From contig CAVSOX010000018.1 in the NCBI GenBank assembly GCA_963729685.1, positions 273,944-337,943 on the forward strand: a stretch of 64,000 nt of DNA, in the 5' to 3' direction. Source of the DNA: an uncultured delta proteobacterium (GTDB lineage: Bacteria > Desulfobacterota > Syntrophorhabdia > Syntrophorhabdales > WCHB1-27). The notes beneath the pieces were generated by a model. The model did not search any database, had not been told where the DNA came from, and saw only the letters and a list, made by a program, of their open reading frames with translations. The position numbers were made by a program, and so were the translations under genes. This document shows, piece by piece, positions 28,070 to 37,407 of this stretch (the stretch's first letter is position 1; each line of letters starts with the position of its first letter).

Positions 28070-28354
28070 CTACAAAACGAGGTCTATCTGCCCCCTCAAC
28101 ACCTGGTCTATCCAGCCCAGCTCCGCCTGCCGCCGCTCCTGCGGATCGATCGCCAGACGGACGGGGAGACGCGAGACCGAGAGGTCTTTCCAGCCCTTCT
28201 CATACTCCTGGTAATATTTCGCGAAATGCTCCCAAAATTGGGGGACGATAACGGTGTTGATGCGCATATAATCTTCCAGCTCCAGGGCTTGCAGGTAATC
28301 GACGCGAAACCTTTTCAGGAGTTCCGCTTCTTCGATGTGCTCGGGGGCGTCCAT
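28070..28354 (-). CDS. Hypothetical protein
   Basis: 94-aa ORF downstream of mobB in the same operon direction; no recognisable motif. Confidence 0.45.
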   Translation of the reverse strand: MDAPEHIEEAELLKRFRVDYLQALELEDYMRINTVIVPQFWEHFAKYYQEYEKGWKDLSVSRLPVRLAIDPQERRQAELGWIDQVLRGQIDLVL

Positions 28355-28883
28355 GGTGGTGCTCCTTTGCTTTTGCGTCCATCGGTTCTTCCACTCATCA
28401 CCTTCTCGACGATGAATTCGGCGAGCCGCCCTATGTCATCCCTGTGCAGGACGGGCACGGGGGCGTCCATGGGCATGTCCGTGACAAGGGCGAGAAGGCT
28501 CCTGTGTCCTAAAGAGACGGGCGGCTCCTGGTTGCGGACGTTGTAGACCTCGATCCTCGGCACGTCTTCCCTCTTGAACCCTTCAGTGATGACGAGGTCG
28601 ACGTCGTGCACATGGCGGGAGACCAGCTCGGCGAGACCGGGCTCCCCGTCGACGTCCTCGACCAGGGCGACCTTTCCCGGCGAGACGACCATGGCGAGTG
28701 CGGCCCCCGCCCTTTTGTGGCGGTAGCTGTCTTTTCCCTCCCGGTCCATCTCGAAATCATGGGGGTGGTGCTTTAAGGTGGCGACCCGGATGCCGCTGCC
28801 GTGAGATGCGGGATCAGCCTTTCTATGACGGTGGTCTTCCCGGTCCCTGATCTTCCGACGAAGGAGAGTATCGGTATCCGCAT
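28315..28883 (-). CDS. mobB: MobB (molybdopterin-guanine dinucleotide biosynthesis adapter), apparent frameshift near 28790-28797; in frame with and not separated by a stop from the upstream MoeA-like ORF
   Basis: MRIPILSFVGRSGTGKTTVIERLIPHLTAA (P-loop, frame of 28773..29813), then after a 1-nt shift GIRVATLKHHPHDFEMDREGKDSYRHKRAGA..VDLVITEGFK (frame of 28315..28749). Confidence 0.75.
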
Positions 28884-29813
28884 ACCCTCGGCAGCCTTGC
28901 TTTCCTCCTGGAAGGGCCGGCCGGCCATCCCCAGAAGCGCCCTTTTGACGAAAAGCTCGTAGAGGCTTTCCACCGCCTTTGGATTGCCGGGAAGGATGAA
29001 GAAGAGCTGAGGGCCTTTCCTGCCGAAGGCCATTGTCTTGCCCGGCTGGATAGGGGGGGAATCGAGAAGGAAGCGGAACCGCATGCGCCTTACCGCCTGT
29101 TTGGTCAGGTCCTTTTTCCCCTTCGCCGTGCCGCCCGTGAGGATGAACAACCGGGCGCCGGGGGACTCCCTCATGGCGCGCCGGATCTCTTCTTCATCGT
29201 CGTCCACGGTATGGAGACCCGCGATGCTGCCGCCGTCCCTCTGGACAAGGCCGGCCAGAAGAAATTTGTTGGAGTCGGTGCCGCCCCCTTTTTTCAGCTC
29301 GCTTCCTGTCGCGATGAGCGCCACCGCCGGTTTCCTGAAGACCCGCAAGGCCTCATGGCCGCCCAGGGCCAGCAGGCCCATTGCGGCCGGGCCGATGACA
29401 TCGCCCCGGTCTATCAGCCGCCGCCCTTTTTTCAGCCAGTCTCCCCTTGTCACGACTTTTCGCTCGTCCGCCTCGGTCTCCACCCTGATGGCGTCGGCTT
29501 TTTCAGCCACGTGCTCCCTGGCCGCGAACCTGGACCCGCGAGGGAAGCGGCCGCCCGTGGGGACAAAGACCGCTTCGCCTTCTTTGAGAGGTAAAGGGGT
29601 CTCGCCGAGGGGCTCGAGGGACCCCCGGGTGCGGAAATCCGTCCCGGCGCCCCTCACCGCATAACCGTCGAGGGCCGAGACGTCGAAGGGAGGCATGGGG
29701 CGGCGTGCGATCAGGGAGCGGGCACTGACGCGCCCCAGGGCATCGAGGAGGGGGATAGTCTCCTCCGACGGCCGCGGAATGTGGCGGTCGATGACGTCCA
29801 TAATGTTGGTCAT
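28884..29813 (-). CDS. moeA: MoeA-like molybdopterin molybdotransferase (domains I-III; no separate MoeA_C), reading straight into mobB
   Basis: ..PPFDVSALDGYAVR.., ..EGEAVFVPTGG.., ..VALIATGSEL.. DSNKFLLAGLV.., LFILTGGTAKGKKDL, PGKTMAFG, ILPGNP. Confidence 0.8.
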
Positions 29814-30361
29814 GTGAGGGCTGCCATGCCGTATTTCTGAAGATAGAGATGGAAGGCGACGACAACGAGACCGTGGTTTATCGTACCCGATGCAATGAGG
29901 GACGGTATCCGGGCCAGCGGCACCAGCTCGACATCGATGTCTTCCATGGGATCGAGCGAAGGCGGCCGAGTCGGCCGCGCGTCCTGCGCAAAGTAGCTAT
30001 AGCAGAGGTTGTTGAAGATGGCGGGATTGGGGTTGACGGCGCCGAGAAGGGTCATACCGGCGCTCTCGTAGCCCGTCTCTTCGGCAAGCTCCCGTTTTGC
30101 CGCCTCCGCGGGGTCCGCCTCGTCGACGGACCCACCCGGGATTTCGAGCGTGATTTCGCGGGAGCCGTGGCGGTACTGCCGTATCATGACCACTTCACGC
30201 TCTGCGGTGAGGGGCACGATATTGACCCAGTCCCCGCATTCCAGCGCGTAGAACTCGTTGCTGGCCTGCGTCCGCGGCGAGCGGGCCGCTTCCGCCCTCA
30301 CCTTGAACACCCTGTAATCCTTGTCGATCCTCGAGTCGAGGACGTGCCATTTTTTAACCAT
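29810..30361 (-). CDS. NUDIX hydrolase (ADP-ribose pyrophosphatase-like)
   Basis: Nudix box GGSVDEADPAEAAKRELAEETGY; 183 aa; overlaps the moeA start by 4 nt. Confidence 0.88.
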   Translation of the reverse strand: MVKKWHVLDSRIDKDYRVFKVRAEAARSPRTQASNEFYALECGDWVNIVPLTAEREVVMIRQYRHGSREITLEIPGGSVDEADPAEAAKRELAEETGYESAGMTLLGAVNPNPAIFNNLCYSYFAQDARPTRPPSLDPMEDIDVELVPLARIPSLIASGTINHGLVVVAFHLYLQKYGMAALT

Positions 30362-30397
30362 GGGATGATCGCGCGGCGCGGCCCGCCGGCCCGCCCG

Positions 30398-31852
30398 TCA
30401 CTTCTTGATCCGCCATTTTGTTCCCTGGGGGGTGTCGAGGAGGGCAATGCCTTTTTCGAGCAGCCTGTTCCTTATCTCGTCCGCATGTGTGTAATCCTTG
30501 TTTCTGCGCGCCTCGATCCTCTCCCTTATGGCGTCTTCGATGGCGGATGCGTCGAGTCCCACCGCGATGAGATGGCGGCGCGTCTCATCGCGCGTAAAGG
30601 CCTCCACGTCCTGCGTCAGGAGGCCCAAGCCGCGGGCGAGCGAGAGGAGGAGGTCCCGCGCTTTCGCGATCGACGGCAGGTGCGCCCGGTCCCCCTCGTC
30701 CATCATGCGGTTGATCGCGGTGGCGAGGTCGAAGATGGAGGAGAGGGCAAGGGCCGTGTTAAAGTCATCGTCCATGGCCTCGTAGAACCTTTGCGCAAGG
30801 TTGTCGAGCTCCGCGTTGCTTTGAGGCGGCGCGTCATCCAGCCCTTTTACTCCCGATGCCCTTTCCAGCGTCGTGTAAAGCCTGGCCAGCGCGCTGCGTG
30901 CGGCCTCGACGTTGCTCTCCGCGTAATCGACGGGGTTGCGGTAGTGCGCCGAGAGGAAGAAGAGGCGCAGCACATCGGCGTGGTAGACTTTCAGGAAGTC
31001 CTTGATGAGCAGGATGTTGCCGAGTGATTTCGACATCTTCTCACGGTCCATCGTGACGAAGCCGTTATGGACCCAGTAATTGACGAACCGTTGTCCGGTG
31101 GCGCACTCGGCCTGGGCACGCTCGTTCTCGTGATGAGGGAACAGCAGGTCCTTGCCCCCGCCGTGCATGTCGAAGGGGCACCCGAGGTACTTGATGCTCA
31201 TGGTGGAGCACTCGATATGCCAGCCGGGTCTTCCCTTCCCGAAGGGGCTGTCCCAGGCCGGCTCACCGGGCTTCGACTCCTTCCAGAGGGCGAAGTCGAG
31301 CGGGTCCTTTTTTCGTTCGTCGACTTCTATGCGCGTCCCGGTCATCATCTCGTCTAAGGTCCTGCCCGACAGCTTTCCGTAGCCCTTGTCTTTGCTGACG
31401 GAGAAGTAGACGCTGCCGCCGGCCGCGTAGGCGAACCCCTTATCGACCAGGTTTTCGATGAGGGAGATCATATCCGCGATGTGCTCGGTGGCCCTCGGCT
31501 CATGGGTGGGCGGGAGCACGCCGAGGGCGGCCATGTCCAGCCCGAAGGAATCGATATAGGCGTCCGCGACCTCTTTCCAGCTCCGTTTTTCGGCGTTGGC
31601 CCTGTTGATGATCTTGTCGTCGATATCGGTGAAGTTCCTCACATAGACGACGTCATAGCCCGAGGCCCGCAGGTATCGGGAGATGACGTCGAAGACTATG
31701 GCGCTGCGGGCGTGGCCTATATGGGAGTCGGCGTAGGCCGTGACGCCGCATACGTAGAGGCGTACCCGGCCTTCCGTCACCGGGGTAAAGACTTCTTTTT
31801 CATGGGTGAGGGAGTTGTAGATTCGCAACGTCATTACTTCATATTTAATCAT
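30398..31852 (-). CDS. cysS: Cysteine--tRNA ligase
   Basis: 484 aa; YVCGVTAYADSHIGHARS (HIGH), KMSKSLGN (KMSKS). ATG 31834 (MTLRIYNSL) is an alternative start. Confidence 0.95.
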   Translation of the reverse strand: MIKYEVMTLRIYNSLTHEKEVFTPVTEGRVRLYVCGVTAYADSHIGHARSAIVFDVISRYLRASGYDVVYVRNFTDIDDKIINRANAEKRSWKEVADAYIDSFGLDMAALGVLPPTHEPRATEHIADMISLIENLVDKGFAYAAGGSVYFSVSKDKGYGKLSGRTLDEMMTGTRIEVDERKKDPLDFALWKESKPGEPAWDSPFGKGRPGWHIECSTMSIKYLGCPFDMHGGGKDLLFPHHENERAQAECATGQRFVNYWVHNGFVTMDREKMSKSLGNILLIKDFLKVYHADVLRLFFLSAHYRNPVDYAESNVEAARSALARLYTTLERASGVKGLDDAPPQSNAELDNLAQRFYEAMDDDFNTALALSSIFDLATAINRMMDEGDRAHLPSIAKARDLLLSLARGLGLLTQDVEAFTRDETRRHLIAVGLDASAIEDAIRERIEARRNKDYTHADEIRNRLLEKGIALLDTPQGTKWRIKK

Positions 31853-31890
31853 AGGAGCGCCCGGCTGTCAAAAGTATCTCGCAAGGCGAA

Positions 31891-32048
31891 ATGACGAGTG
31901 ACGAGTGGGAAGTGCCGAGTGGCGAGTGAAGAGTGAAGATGGGAGAGGGAGAGGGGAGAAGGGAGAGCGGTGAGTGAGGGTTCCAACTCGTCCGTCGCTT
32001 CTTTTGTCTTCTCTCGTCACTCGTCACTCGGCACTCGGTACTCTCCCT
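31891..32048. repeat. Heptamer-mosaic intergenic repeat, locus D (full-length, ~158 bp)
   Basis: ATGACGA GTGACGA GTGGGAA GTGCCGA GTGGCGA GTGAAGA GTGAAGA, then GGGAGAGGGAGAGGGGAGAAGGGAGAG, then ..GGTTCCAACTCG.., then ..CTCGTCACTCGTCACTCGGCACTCGGTAC. Confidence 0.9.
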
Positions 32049-32100
32049 TCGCCATCGGTTTTTTTTGACAAGGTTCGTGGAAAATGTATATGTTAGTTTC

Positions 32101-33077
32101 GTGGGAGAGTTCAGAAAGGACCCGTTGACAGGCAATTGGGTGGTCGTCGGAGTAAAGAAAGCCGGAGCGGGCGAGACCGAGGTCTGCCCTTTTTGCCCCG
32201 GCAACGAGTATCTGACGCCGCACTCCATAAGAGAGATAAGGGACGGGCAGGGGCAGTGGCTTGCGCGCTCCTTTCCCGCGGCCAATCCGGTATTCCAGAT
32301 AGAGGCGAGCGAGAACAAGAGGGCCGAAGGCTTTTACGATAAGATGGGGACCCTCGGGGCGCACGAGATCATCGTAGAGGACAGGTCGCACACGAAAACC
32401 TTTTCGACTTTCGACTTCGCCGACGTCAGCGCGCATGGTGGAGATGTACACGGAGCGCATCATCGATCTGAAACGGGATAAGCGCTTCAAATATGTGCAG
32501 GTCTTCAAGAACCATGGAGAGATCACCGGCTCCCTCATCTTTCACCCGCACTCCCACGTGCTTGCGACGCCTATCGTGCCCCAGCAGTTGTCCCTGGAGC
32601 TCGCCAATTCGAAGAATCACTACCTGCAAAAGGAGCGGTGTCTCACGTGTGACGTCGTGAGCCAGGAGATAAGGCAGGCTAAAAGGGTGGTGACGTCGAC
32701 CGAGCACTTCCTGGTTATCTGTCCTTTTGCATCCCGCCTCTCCTTCGAGGCCTGGATCATTCCGCGGCGACACAACGCGAGCTTCGAGTCCTGGACCGAC
32801 GAAGACGTCGACACGCGACTTTGTCGCGGTCTTCCTCGATACGATGAAGCGTATCGAAAGGCTCAGGAGCTCTTACTCGATAGTCTTCCATACCTCCCCG
32901 AACACGGCGGTCTGGAATCTTGCGGAAGCCGGCGGTCCCCAGGTGGACGACTATTTCCATTGGCATATGGAGATCCTCCCGAGGACCTACTCCAAGTACA
33001 AGCGGGAAGACGAATTCTACACGGTTTCCATCATGCCGGAAGAAGCGGCAGAAATATTGAAGACGGAGAAACCTTAG
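32101..33077 (+). CDS. galT: GalT-family (HIT superfamily) hexose-1-phosphate uridylyltransferase-like, split by two apparent frameshifts (~32430 and ~32813)
   Basis: Three consecutive frames. (1) VGEFRKDPLTGNWVVV..CPFCPGNE..GAHEIIVE. (2) MVEMYTERIIDLKRDKRFKYVQVFKNHG..HPHSHVLATP..CLTCD. (3) RDFVAVFLDTMKRIERL..SIVFHTSP..FHWHMEILPR. The TTG at 32065 used by the ORF track is more likely a -35 box (TTGACA-16-TATATG). Confidence 0.75.
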
Positions 33078-33097
33078 GGGGACGAGTGAAATCCACC

Positions 33098-33346
33098 ATG
33101 TACTGGCTCAACTGCGGGCTCTCGGTATCGTGCGGCATGATCATGGTGTTCTTCGGGGCCGTTTTTATCAGGCATATGTGCTTCTGCCTCTACCTGTCCC
33201 ACGAGCAGGCCGCCTTTCCCTCATTGCTTTTAGGCGTGCTTCTCCTCCTGGTGGGAGGGGGGCTGGTCTCCACGACAATCGTCCGTATGAGGAAAGGGAC
33301 GGGTAAAACTCAATCGTTGCCGGTTCGCCCTGTCGGAAATTCTTAA
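33098..33346 (+). CDS. Small hypothetical membrane protein (82 aa, 2 TM)
   Basis: MYWLNCGLSVSCGMIMVFFGAVFI..FPSLLLGVLLLLVGGGLVSTTIV; it forms the tail of track ORF 32435..33346. Confidence 0.4.
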   Translation: MYWLNCGLSVSCGMIMVFFGAVFIRHMCFCLYLSHEQAAFPSLLLGVLLLLVGGGLVSTTIVRMRKGTGKTQSLPVRPVGNS

Positions 33347-33365
33347 AATTTTCTTAAAAATTTTC

Positions 33366-33394
33366 TTGACAATCAGTTCGCCAAAGATGAGAAT
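33366..33394 (+). promoter_or_regulatory. Sigma-70-type promoter candidate for nrdD
   Basis: TTGACA (33366-33371), 17-nt spacer, GAGAAT (33389-33394). Confidence 0.4.
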
Positions 33395-33406
33395 GTATCT
33401 ACCATT

Positions 33407-33422
33407 GCCACTATATGTGGTA
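33407..33422. promoter_or_regulatory. NrdR box 1
   Basis: GCCACTATATGTGGTA matches the 16-bp NrdR palindrome acaCwAtATaTwGtgt. Confidence 0.7.
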
Positions 33423-33438
33423 GTACTATCTGTTGTCG

Positions 33439-33454
33439 GCACAATATATAGTAT
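33439..33454. promoter_or_regulatory. NrdR box 2
   Basis: GCACAATATATAGTAT lies 32 bp (about 3 helical turns) from box 1, the usual tandem arrangement upstream of nrd operons. Confidence 0.7.
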
Positions 33455-33499
33455 TTTTAGTACTTCTCAATAGTTAGACAAAAGGGGGCAGAAAAAACG

Positions 33500-35584
33500 A
33501 TGGAGACGACCGACCTGAACCTTTTCGTACGCACCTCGGAAGAGACCATCTCCGACTGGGACCGAACAAGGATAGTCGACGCCCTGATGAGAGAGACGAT
33601 GATCGATCAGGATACGGCCATGTCGCTCAGCGCCGGCGTGGAGGACCTGATCAAGAAGTCGGGCATCAAGATGGTGACGGCCCCGCTGATCAGGGAGCTC
33701 GTCAACGCGAAGCTGATCGAGAAGGGTCTGGAGTCTGCCCGGAGGATGCACACCAGGCTTGGTATGCCGATCTACGACGTCGGCAACCTGATCCTTCATC
33801 AGAATAAGGAGAATGCGAACGTGCCCCATGGGCCGGAGGCGACCAACCTCACGTTAGCCGAAAGGATAAAGAAGGAGTATGCCCTCCTCTCCGTTTTTTC
33901 CCAGGATGTAGCCGACGCGCACATGAACGGCGATATCCACCTCCATGATCTCGGCTTCATAGACAGGCCCTACTGCAGCGGCCAGTCCCTCGAATACATC
34001 AAGAAATTCGGGCTCAACCTCCCCCACTCGCTTTCCATGGCAAAACCCGCGAAGCATCCGGAGGTGCTTCTTGCCCACCTGGTGAAGTTTGCCGCGGCCT
34101 TGCAGAGCAATTTCGCGGGGGCCATAGGCTGGGATGCCATCAACATCTTCTTTGCGCCGTACCTTGAGGGCATGAGTGATAATGACGTCAAGCAGCTCGC
34201 CCAGATGCTCATTTTCGAGTTTTCGCAGCAGGCGGTGGCCAGAGGCGGCCAGGCGATCTTTACGGACATCAACCTCTATTGGGAGATACCGAAGCACTTT
34301 GTCGACGTCCCGGCTATAGGACCGGGCGGGGTTTTCACCGGTAAGACATACGGAGAGTATGAGAAAGAGGCGCAGCGGTTTGTCTGGAAGCTGTTCGAGG
34401 TCTTCAAGGACGGAGACGGCGCGGGACGTCCCTTTTTCTTCCCGAAGCCCCTCGTCCACATCACGGAAAAATTCTTCAAGACCGAGGGTTACAATGACTT
34501 CCTGAACCATATCTCGGATGTCGCCGCGGACAAGGGGAATACCTACTTCGTCTTCGACAGGGGCGAAACGGCCAAGATATCGGAGTGCTGCCGCTTAAGC
34601 TTCAAGCTGGATGAATTCGACCTCCTCGACGCGAGAGAGCCGTGGCGGATGCGCTATTCCGCGCTGCAGAACGTCTCCATCAACCTTCCGCGCATTGCCT
34701 ACCTGGCCAAAGGTGACGATACGCAGCTTTTCAGCCTGCTTACGGAGAAATTCCTGCTCGCCGTGACGGCCCACAAAGAGAAGCGGGCTTTCATAGAGAG
34801 GCTCCTCTCGTCGGGAGAAGACGGCCCTCTCGCGCTCCTGACCATGAACCGGGACGGCATGCCCTACCTCCGGATGAACAGGGCTTCCCACCTCGTGGGG
34901 ATGGTGGGCCTCAATGAAATGGTGCAGATACATGCAGGCGAGGAGATGCATGAGTCGAAGAAGGCGCTCAAATTCGGCCTGAAGATCATGGCCCACCTGA
35001 AGCTCCAGGCGGACAAGATGAAGGCGCAGGAGAACATGAGGCTCGTTCTGGAGCAAACCCCTGCGGAGAGCACGAGCTACCGGTTCGCGAAGCTCGACCT
35101 CCATTATTTCTCTCCTGCGTCGGGAAAAGCCGTAAAGGGCGATGTCTCTTCAGGCGAGGTCTACTACACGAACTCCACTCACCTGAACGTGTCAGTGCCG
35201 ATGAATCCCATCGAGAGGGTAACCAATGAAGGGCTGTTCCATCCCCTGATAGAGGCCGGGTCCATTTCCCACGTCTGGATCGGTGAGTCGATGCCGTCGA
35301 AAGAGGCTATCGGCGATTTCGTCACGAAGACTTTCAGGTATACGTTGAGCGATCAGATCGCCTTTTCGCCGGAGTTTACCGTGTGCAATGCGTGCAATCA
35401 GACGTCACGGGGGCTGGCCGACACATGCCCCCGCTGCAACTCCCACGAAGTGGACGGCATCACCAGGATCACCGGTTATTTTACCAAGGTATCGAGCTGG
35501 AACAAGGGCAAGCTGGGAGAGCTCAAGGACCGGTACCGCAACGGCGAGTTCTTCTCCGGCGAGCAGCAGAGAAAGGTTGTCTGA
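33500..35584 (+). CDS. nrdD: Anaerobic ribonucleoside-triphosphate reductase (class III) with N-terminal ATP-cone
   Basis: 694 aa; ATP-cone DWDRTRIVDALMRE..; Zn site CNACNQ..CPRCN; glycyl-radical tail GITRITGYFTKVSSWNKGKLGELKDR. Confidence 0.95.
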   Translation: METTDLNLFVRTSEETISDWDRTRIVDALMRETMIDQDTAMSLSAGVEDLIKKSGIKMVTAPLIRELVNAKLIEKGLESARRMHTRLGMPIYDVGNLILHQNKENANVPHGPEATNLTLAERIKKEYALLSVFSQDVADAHMNGDIHLHDLGFIDRPYCSGQSLEYIKKFGLNLPHSLSMAKPAKHPEVLLAHLVKFAAALQSNFAGAIGWDAINIFFAPYLEGMSDNDVKQLAQMLIFEFSQQAVARGGQAIFTDINLYWEIPKHFVDVPAIGPGGVFTGKTYGEYEKEAQRFVWKLFEVFKDGDGAGRPFFFPKPLVHITEKFFKTEGYNDFLNHISDVAADKGNTYFVFDRGETAKISECCRLSFKLDEFDLLDAREPWRMRYSALQNVSINLPRIAYLAKGDDTQLFSLLTEKFLLAVTAHKEKRAFIERLLSSGEDGPLALLTMNRDGMPYLRMNRASHLVGMVGLNEMVQIHAGEEMHESKKALKFGLKIMAHLKLQADKMKAQENMRLVLEQTPAESTSYRFAKLDLHYFSPASGKAVKGDVSSGEVYYTNSTHLNVSVPMNPIERVTNEGLFHPLIEAGSISHVWIGESMPSKEAIGDFVTKTFRYTLSDQIAFSPEFTVCNACNQTSRGLADTCPRCNSHEVDGITRITGYFTKVSSWNKGKLGELKDRYRNGEFFSGEQQRKVV

Positions 35585-35635
35585 TTCTTGACGAGGGAAG
35601 TGGCGAGCGGGGTACACCGAGCGAAAGCGAGCTAA

Positions 35636-35768
35636 AGCGGGGAGGCTCGGCGGGCTTATGCCCGTCGAGGGGGCGCTGAGCCCCAATGACTGAAAGCGAG
35701 CGCATGCGAAGCGCTGAGCGGGGAGGCTCGGCGGGCTTATGCCCGTCGAGGGGGCGCTGAGCCCCAAT
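35636..35768 (+). repeat. Tandem direct repeat (2 x 52 nt, period 81 nt), each copy folding into two hairpins
   Basis: AGCGGGGAGGCTCGGCGGGCTTATGCCCGTCGAGGGGGCGCTGAGCCCCAAT occurs at 35636-35687 and 35717-35768. Hairpins: CUCGGCGGGC-UUAU-GCCCGUCGAG and GGGGC-GCUGA-GCCCC. Both flanks share GAAAGCGAGC. Confidence 0.9.
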
Positions 35769-35788
35769 AATAGAGGAGGGCACGCAAG

Positions 35789-36052
35789 ATGGGAGTGGTA
35801 AAGATTTTCTACAAGGACGATTGCCCGAAGTGCCCTTTGGCGAAACAGCTCGGAGATAAGCTGAGGGAGAGGGACGTGGATGTCCTCACCTACAACGTGG
35901 GGACAGCGGACGGGCTCGCCGAGGCGAGCTTCTACAGCATCATGTCGCTGCCCACGGTGCTTGTGGAAGACACGATGGAAAACGGCATAGGAGAGTGGAG
36001 AGGAGACGTCCCCAAAGTGGAAGAGGTGCTTCACGCTGTCCATTCTGCCTGA
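35789..36052 (+). CDS. Glutaredoxin/thioredoxin-fold small redox protein (NrdH/Grx-like)
   Basis: 87 aa; VKIFYKDDCPKCPLAK (CPxC); ..LPTVLV..; AGAGGAGGG SD. Confidence 0.8.
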   Translation: MGVVKIFYKDDCPKCPLAKQLGDKLRERDVDVLTYNVGTADGLAEASFYSIMSLPTVLVEDTMENGIGEWRGDVPKVEEVLHAVHSA

Positions 36053-36758
36053 TTTTCCCGTCAAGGGTTTTATCGAGACGAGCTTCATCGACTGGAAGAC
36101 GCAGCTCGCGTCGGTAATATTTTCCGGAGGCTGCAATTTCCGGTGCCCTTTCTGCCACAACAGGAAGCTGGTGCTCCACCCCCAGTCCATGGAGGACGTG
36201 CCTTTTGACCATATCCTCGGGCGCTTGAAGAGATTCCGGAAGTGGGTGGAGCGGGTGGTGGTCACCGGGGGCGAGCCCACCATGCACAAGGGCCTCGTGA
36301 GGGTCGTCGAGACCTTCAAAAAACAGGGACTCAAGGTGAAGCTCGACACGAACGGGTCACGGCCGGACGTGGTCAAAGGGCTTGTCGACGAGGGACTGAT
36401 CGACTATATCGCCATGGACGTGAAGGGACCCCTCGGCGCCTACGAGAGGTGGTGCGGATGCCCCGTCGATAAGAAGAAGATCAGGGAGAGCATCGATTTT
36501 ATCCTGGAGGGGCGCGTCGATTATGAATTCAGAATGACCCTCGTGCCCTTCCTGCACCGGGAAGAGGATGCTCTTCAGGTGGCGAGAGAGATCAGGCCGG
36601 CCCGTCGCTTTTTCGTGCAGGAGTTTGTCCCCAGGGAGACCCTCAATGAGAAATACGCAACCATAAAGCCGTTCTCTCCGGAAAGAATGAAAGCCATAAG
36701 GGAAGCGGTCGCCGCCGTCCTTTCGAATGCCCCTGTCCGCCGTCATATACACGAGTAA
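36042..36758 (+). CDS. nrdG: Anaerobic ribonucleotide reductase activating protein (radical SAM); start codon unresolved
   Basis: Frame reads ..PDFPVKGFIETSFIDWKTQLASVIFSGGCNFRCPFCHN.. (CxxxCxxC at 36132-36155), then ..VVVTGGEPT..KLDTNG. The first canonical start (GTG 36171, used by the track) lies downstream of the Cys motif; only ATT 36042 and CTG 36045 are available upstream. Confidence 0.8.
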   Translation: MLPDFPVKGFIETSFIDWKTQLASVIFSGGCNFRCPFCHNRKLVLHPQSMEDVPFDHILGRLKRFRKWVERVVVTGGEPTMHKGLVRVVETFKKQGLKVKLDTNGSRPDVVKGLVDEGLIDYIAMDVKGPLGAYERWCGCPVDKKKIRESIDFILEGRVDYEFRMTLVPFLHREEDALQVAREIRPARRFFVQEFVPRETLNEKYATIKPFSPERMKAIREAVAAVLSNAPVRRHIHE

Positions 36759-37407
36759 CGAGGCCTTTTCCTCCATGAGGGACGCGGTCCGGCGGAGGGC
36801 CGAAGGTCGTGGAATAAAACCCTACACATTTTCCTTTGCCCACAAGCTGGAGACAGGCGCCGTCCGTGTGCGGGCGACCGAGCTTGCGAAAGGTGTCCTG
36901 ATGCCCGTGGTGAGAGAGATGGTAGAAAAAGGAGAGGCAACCCTCGCCTCACGGCCGGACAGAGAGGTAAGGGAGGCGGCCTTTGATGAGCTTATAGAGG
37001 ACGGGGACCGGACGAGGAGGGTCGCGACCGTCCGGTTTACGTCGCCCACGATTGTCGAGGTCCAGGGAAGGTACGTGCCTTTTCCTGTTATCCATGCCAT
37101 ATTTGCCGGGTACCGTGAGATCTGGAGCGCCTTTTCGCCCATTCCGCTCCCTCCGGCGGCAGAGGCCCTGGAGCACGTAGCCGTGACCGATTTCAAGATT
37201 TCCTGCGCCACGCCCGGCCTGATCGGGCCGGGGGCGGCCTCCTTTGGGGTCGGGGCGGAAGGGTGGGTCACGCTGGAGATGGAAAGGGGGCGGACCGAGC
37301 AGGAGATCGCTTTCTTCAACACGCTGATCGATTTCGCCTTTTACTGCGGCACAGGCGCCCATACCGACGAGGGGCTGGGGCAGACGAGGAGATGGGAGAA
37401 GAGGTGA
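36727..37407 (+). CDS. Cas6-like RAMP-family protein (orphan; no other cas genes or CRISPR array in window)
   Basis: ..GIKPYTFSF.. (Cas6 'pFtfS' motif), ..VRFTSPTIVEVQGRYVPFP.., and C-terminal G-rich loop FAFYCGTGAHTDEGLGQ (GxGxxxxxGxG, compare Cas6 GFGEKNSLGFG). ATG 36775, 17 nt after the nrdG stop, is an alternative start. Confidence 0.55.
   Translation: MPLSAVIYTSNEAFSSMRDAVRRRAEGRGIKPYTFSFAHKLETGAVRVRATELAKGVLMPVVREMVEKGEATLASRPDREVREAAFDELIEDGDRTRRVATVRFTSPTIVEVQGRYVPFPVIHAIFAGYREIWSAFSPIPLPPAAEALEHVAVTDFKISCATPGLIGPGAASFGVGAEGWVTLEMERGRTEQEIAFFNTLIDFAFYCGTGAHTDEGLGQTRRWEKR

Noticed and set aside
32065-32100. TTG 32065 as the galT start codon
   Set aside because: It is the first three bases of a perfect TTGACA, followed 16 nt later by TATATG. 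Homologous proteins begin near the GTG at 32101 (VGEFRKDPLTGNWVV). It is treated as a possible promoter instead, with low confidence.
35636-35768. Mini-CRISPR array (two 52-nt repeats with a 29-nt spacer) near the Cas6-like gene
   Set aside because: There are only two repeats, each 52 nt long. The 'spacer' and the sequence upstream of repeat 1 share GAAAGCGAGC, so the structure is a tandem duplication of an ~81-nt unit rather than repeat-spacer architecture. It is kept as a repeat feature, not as a CRISPR.
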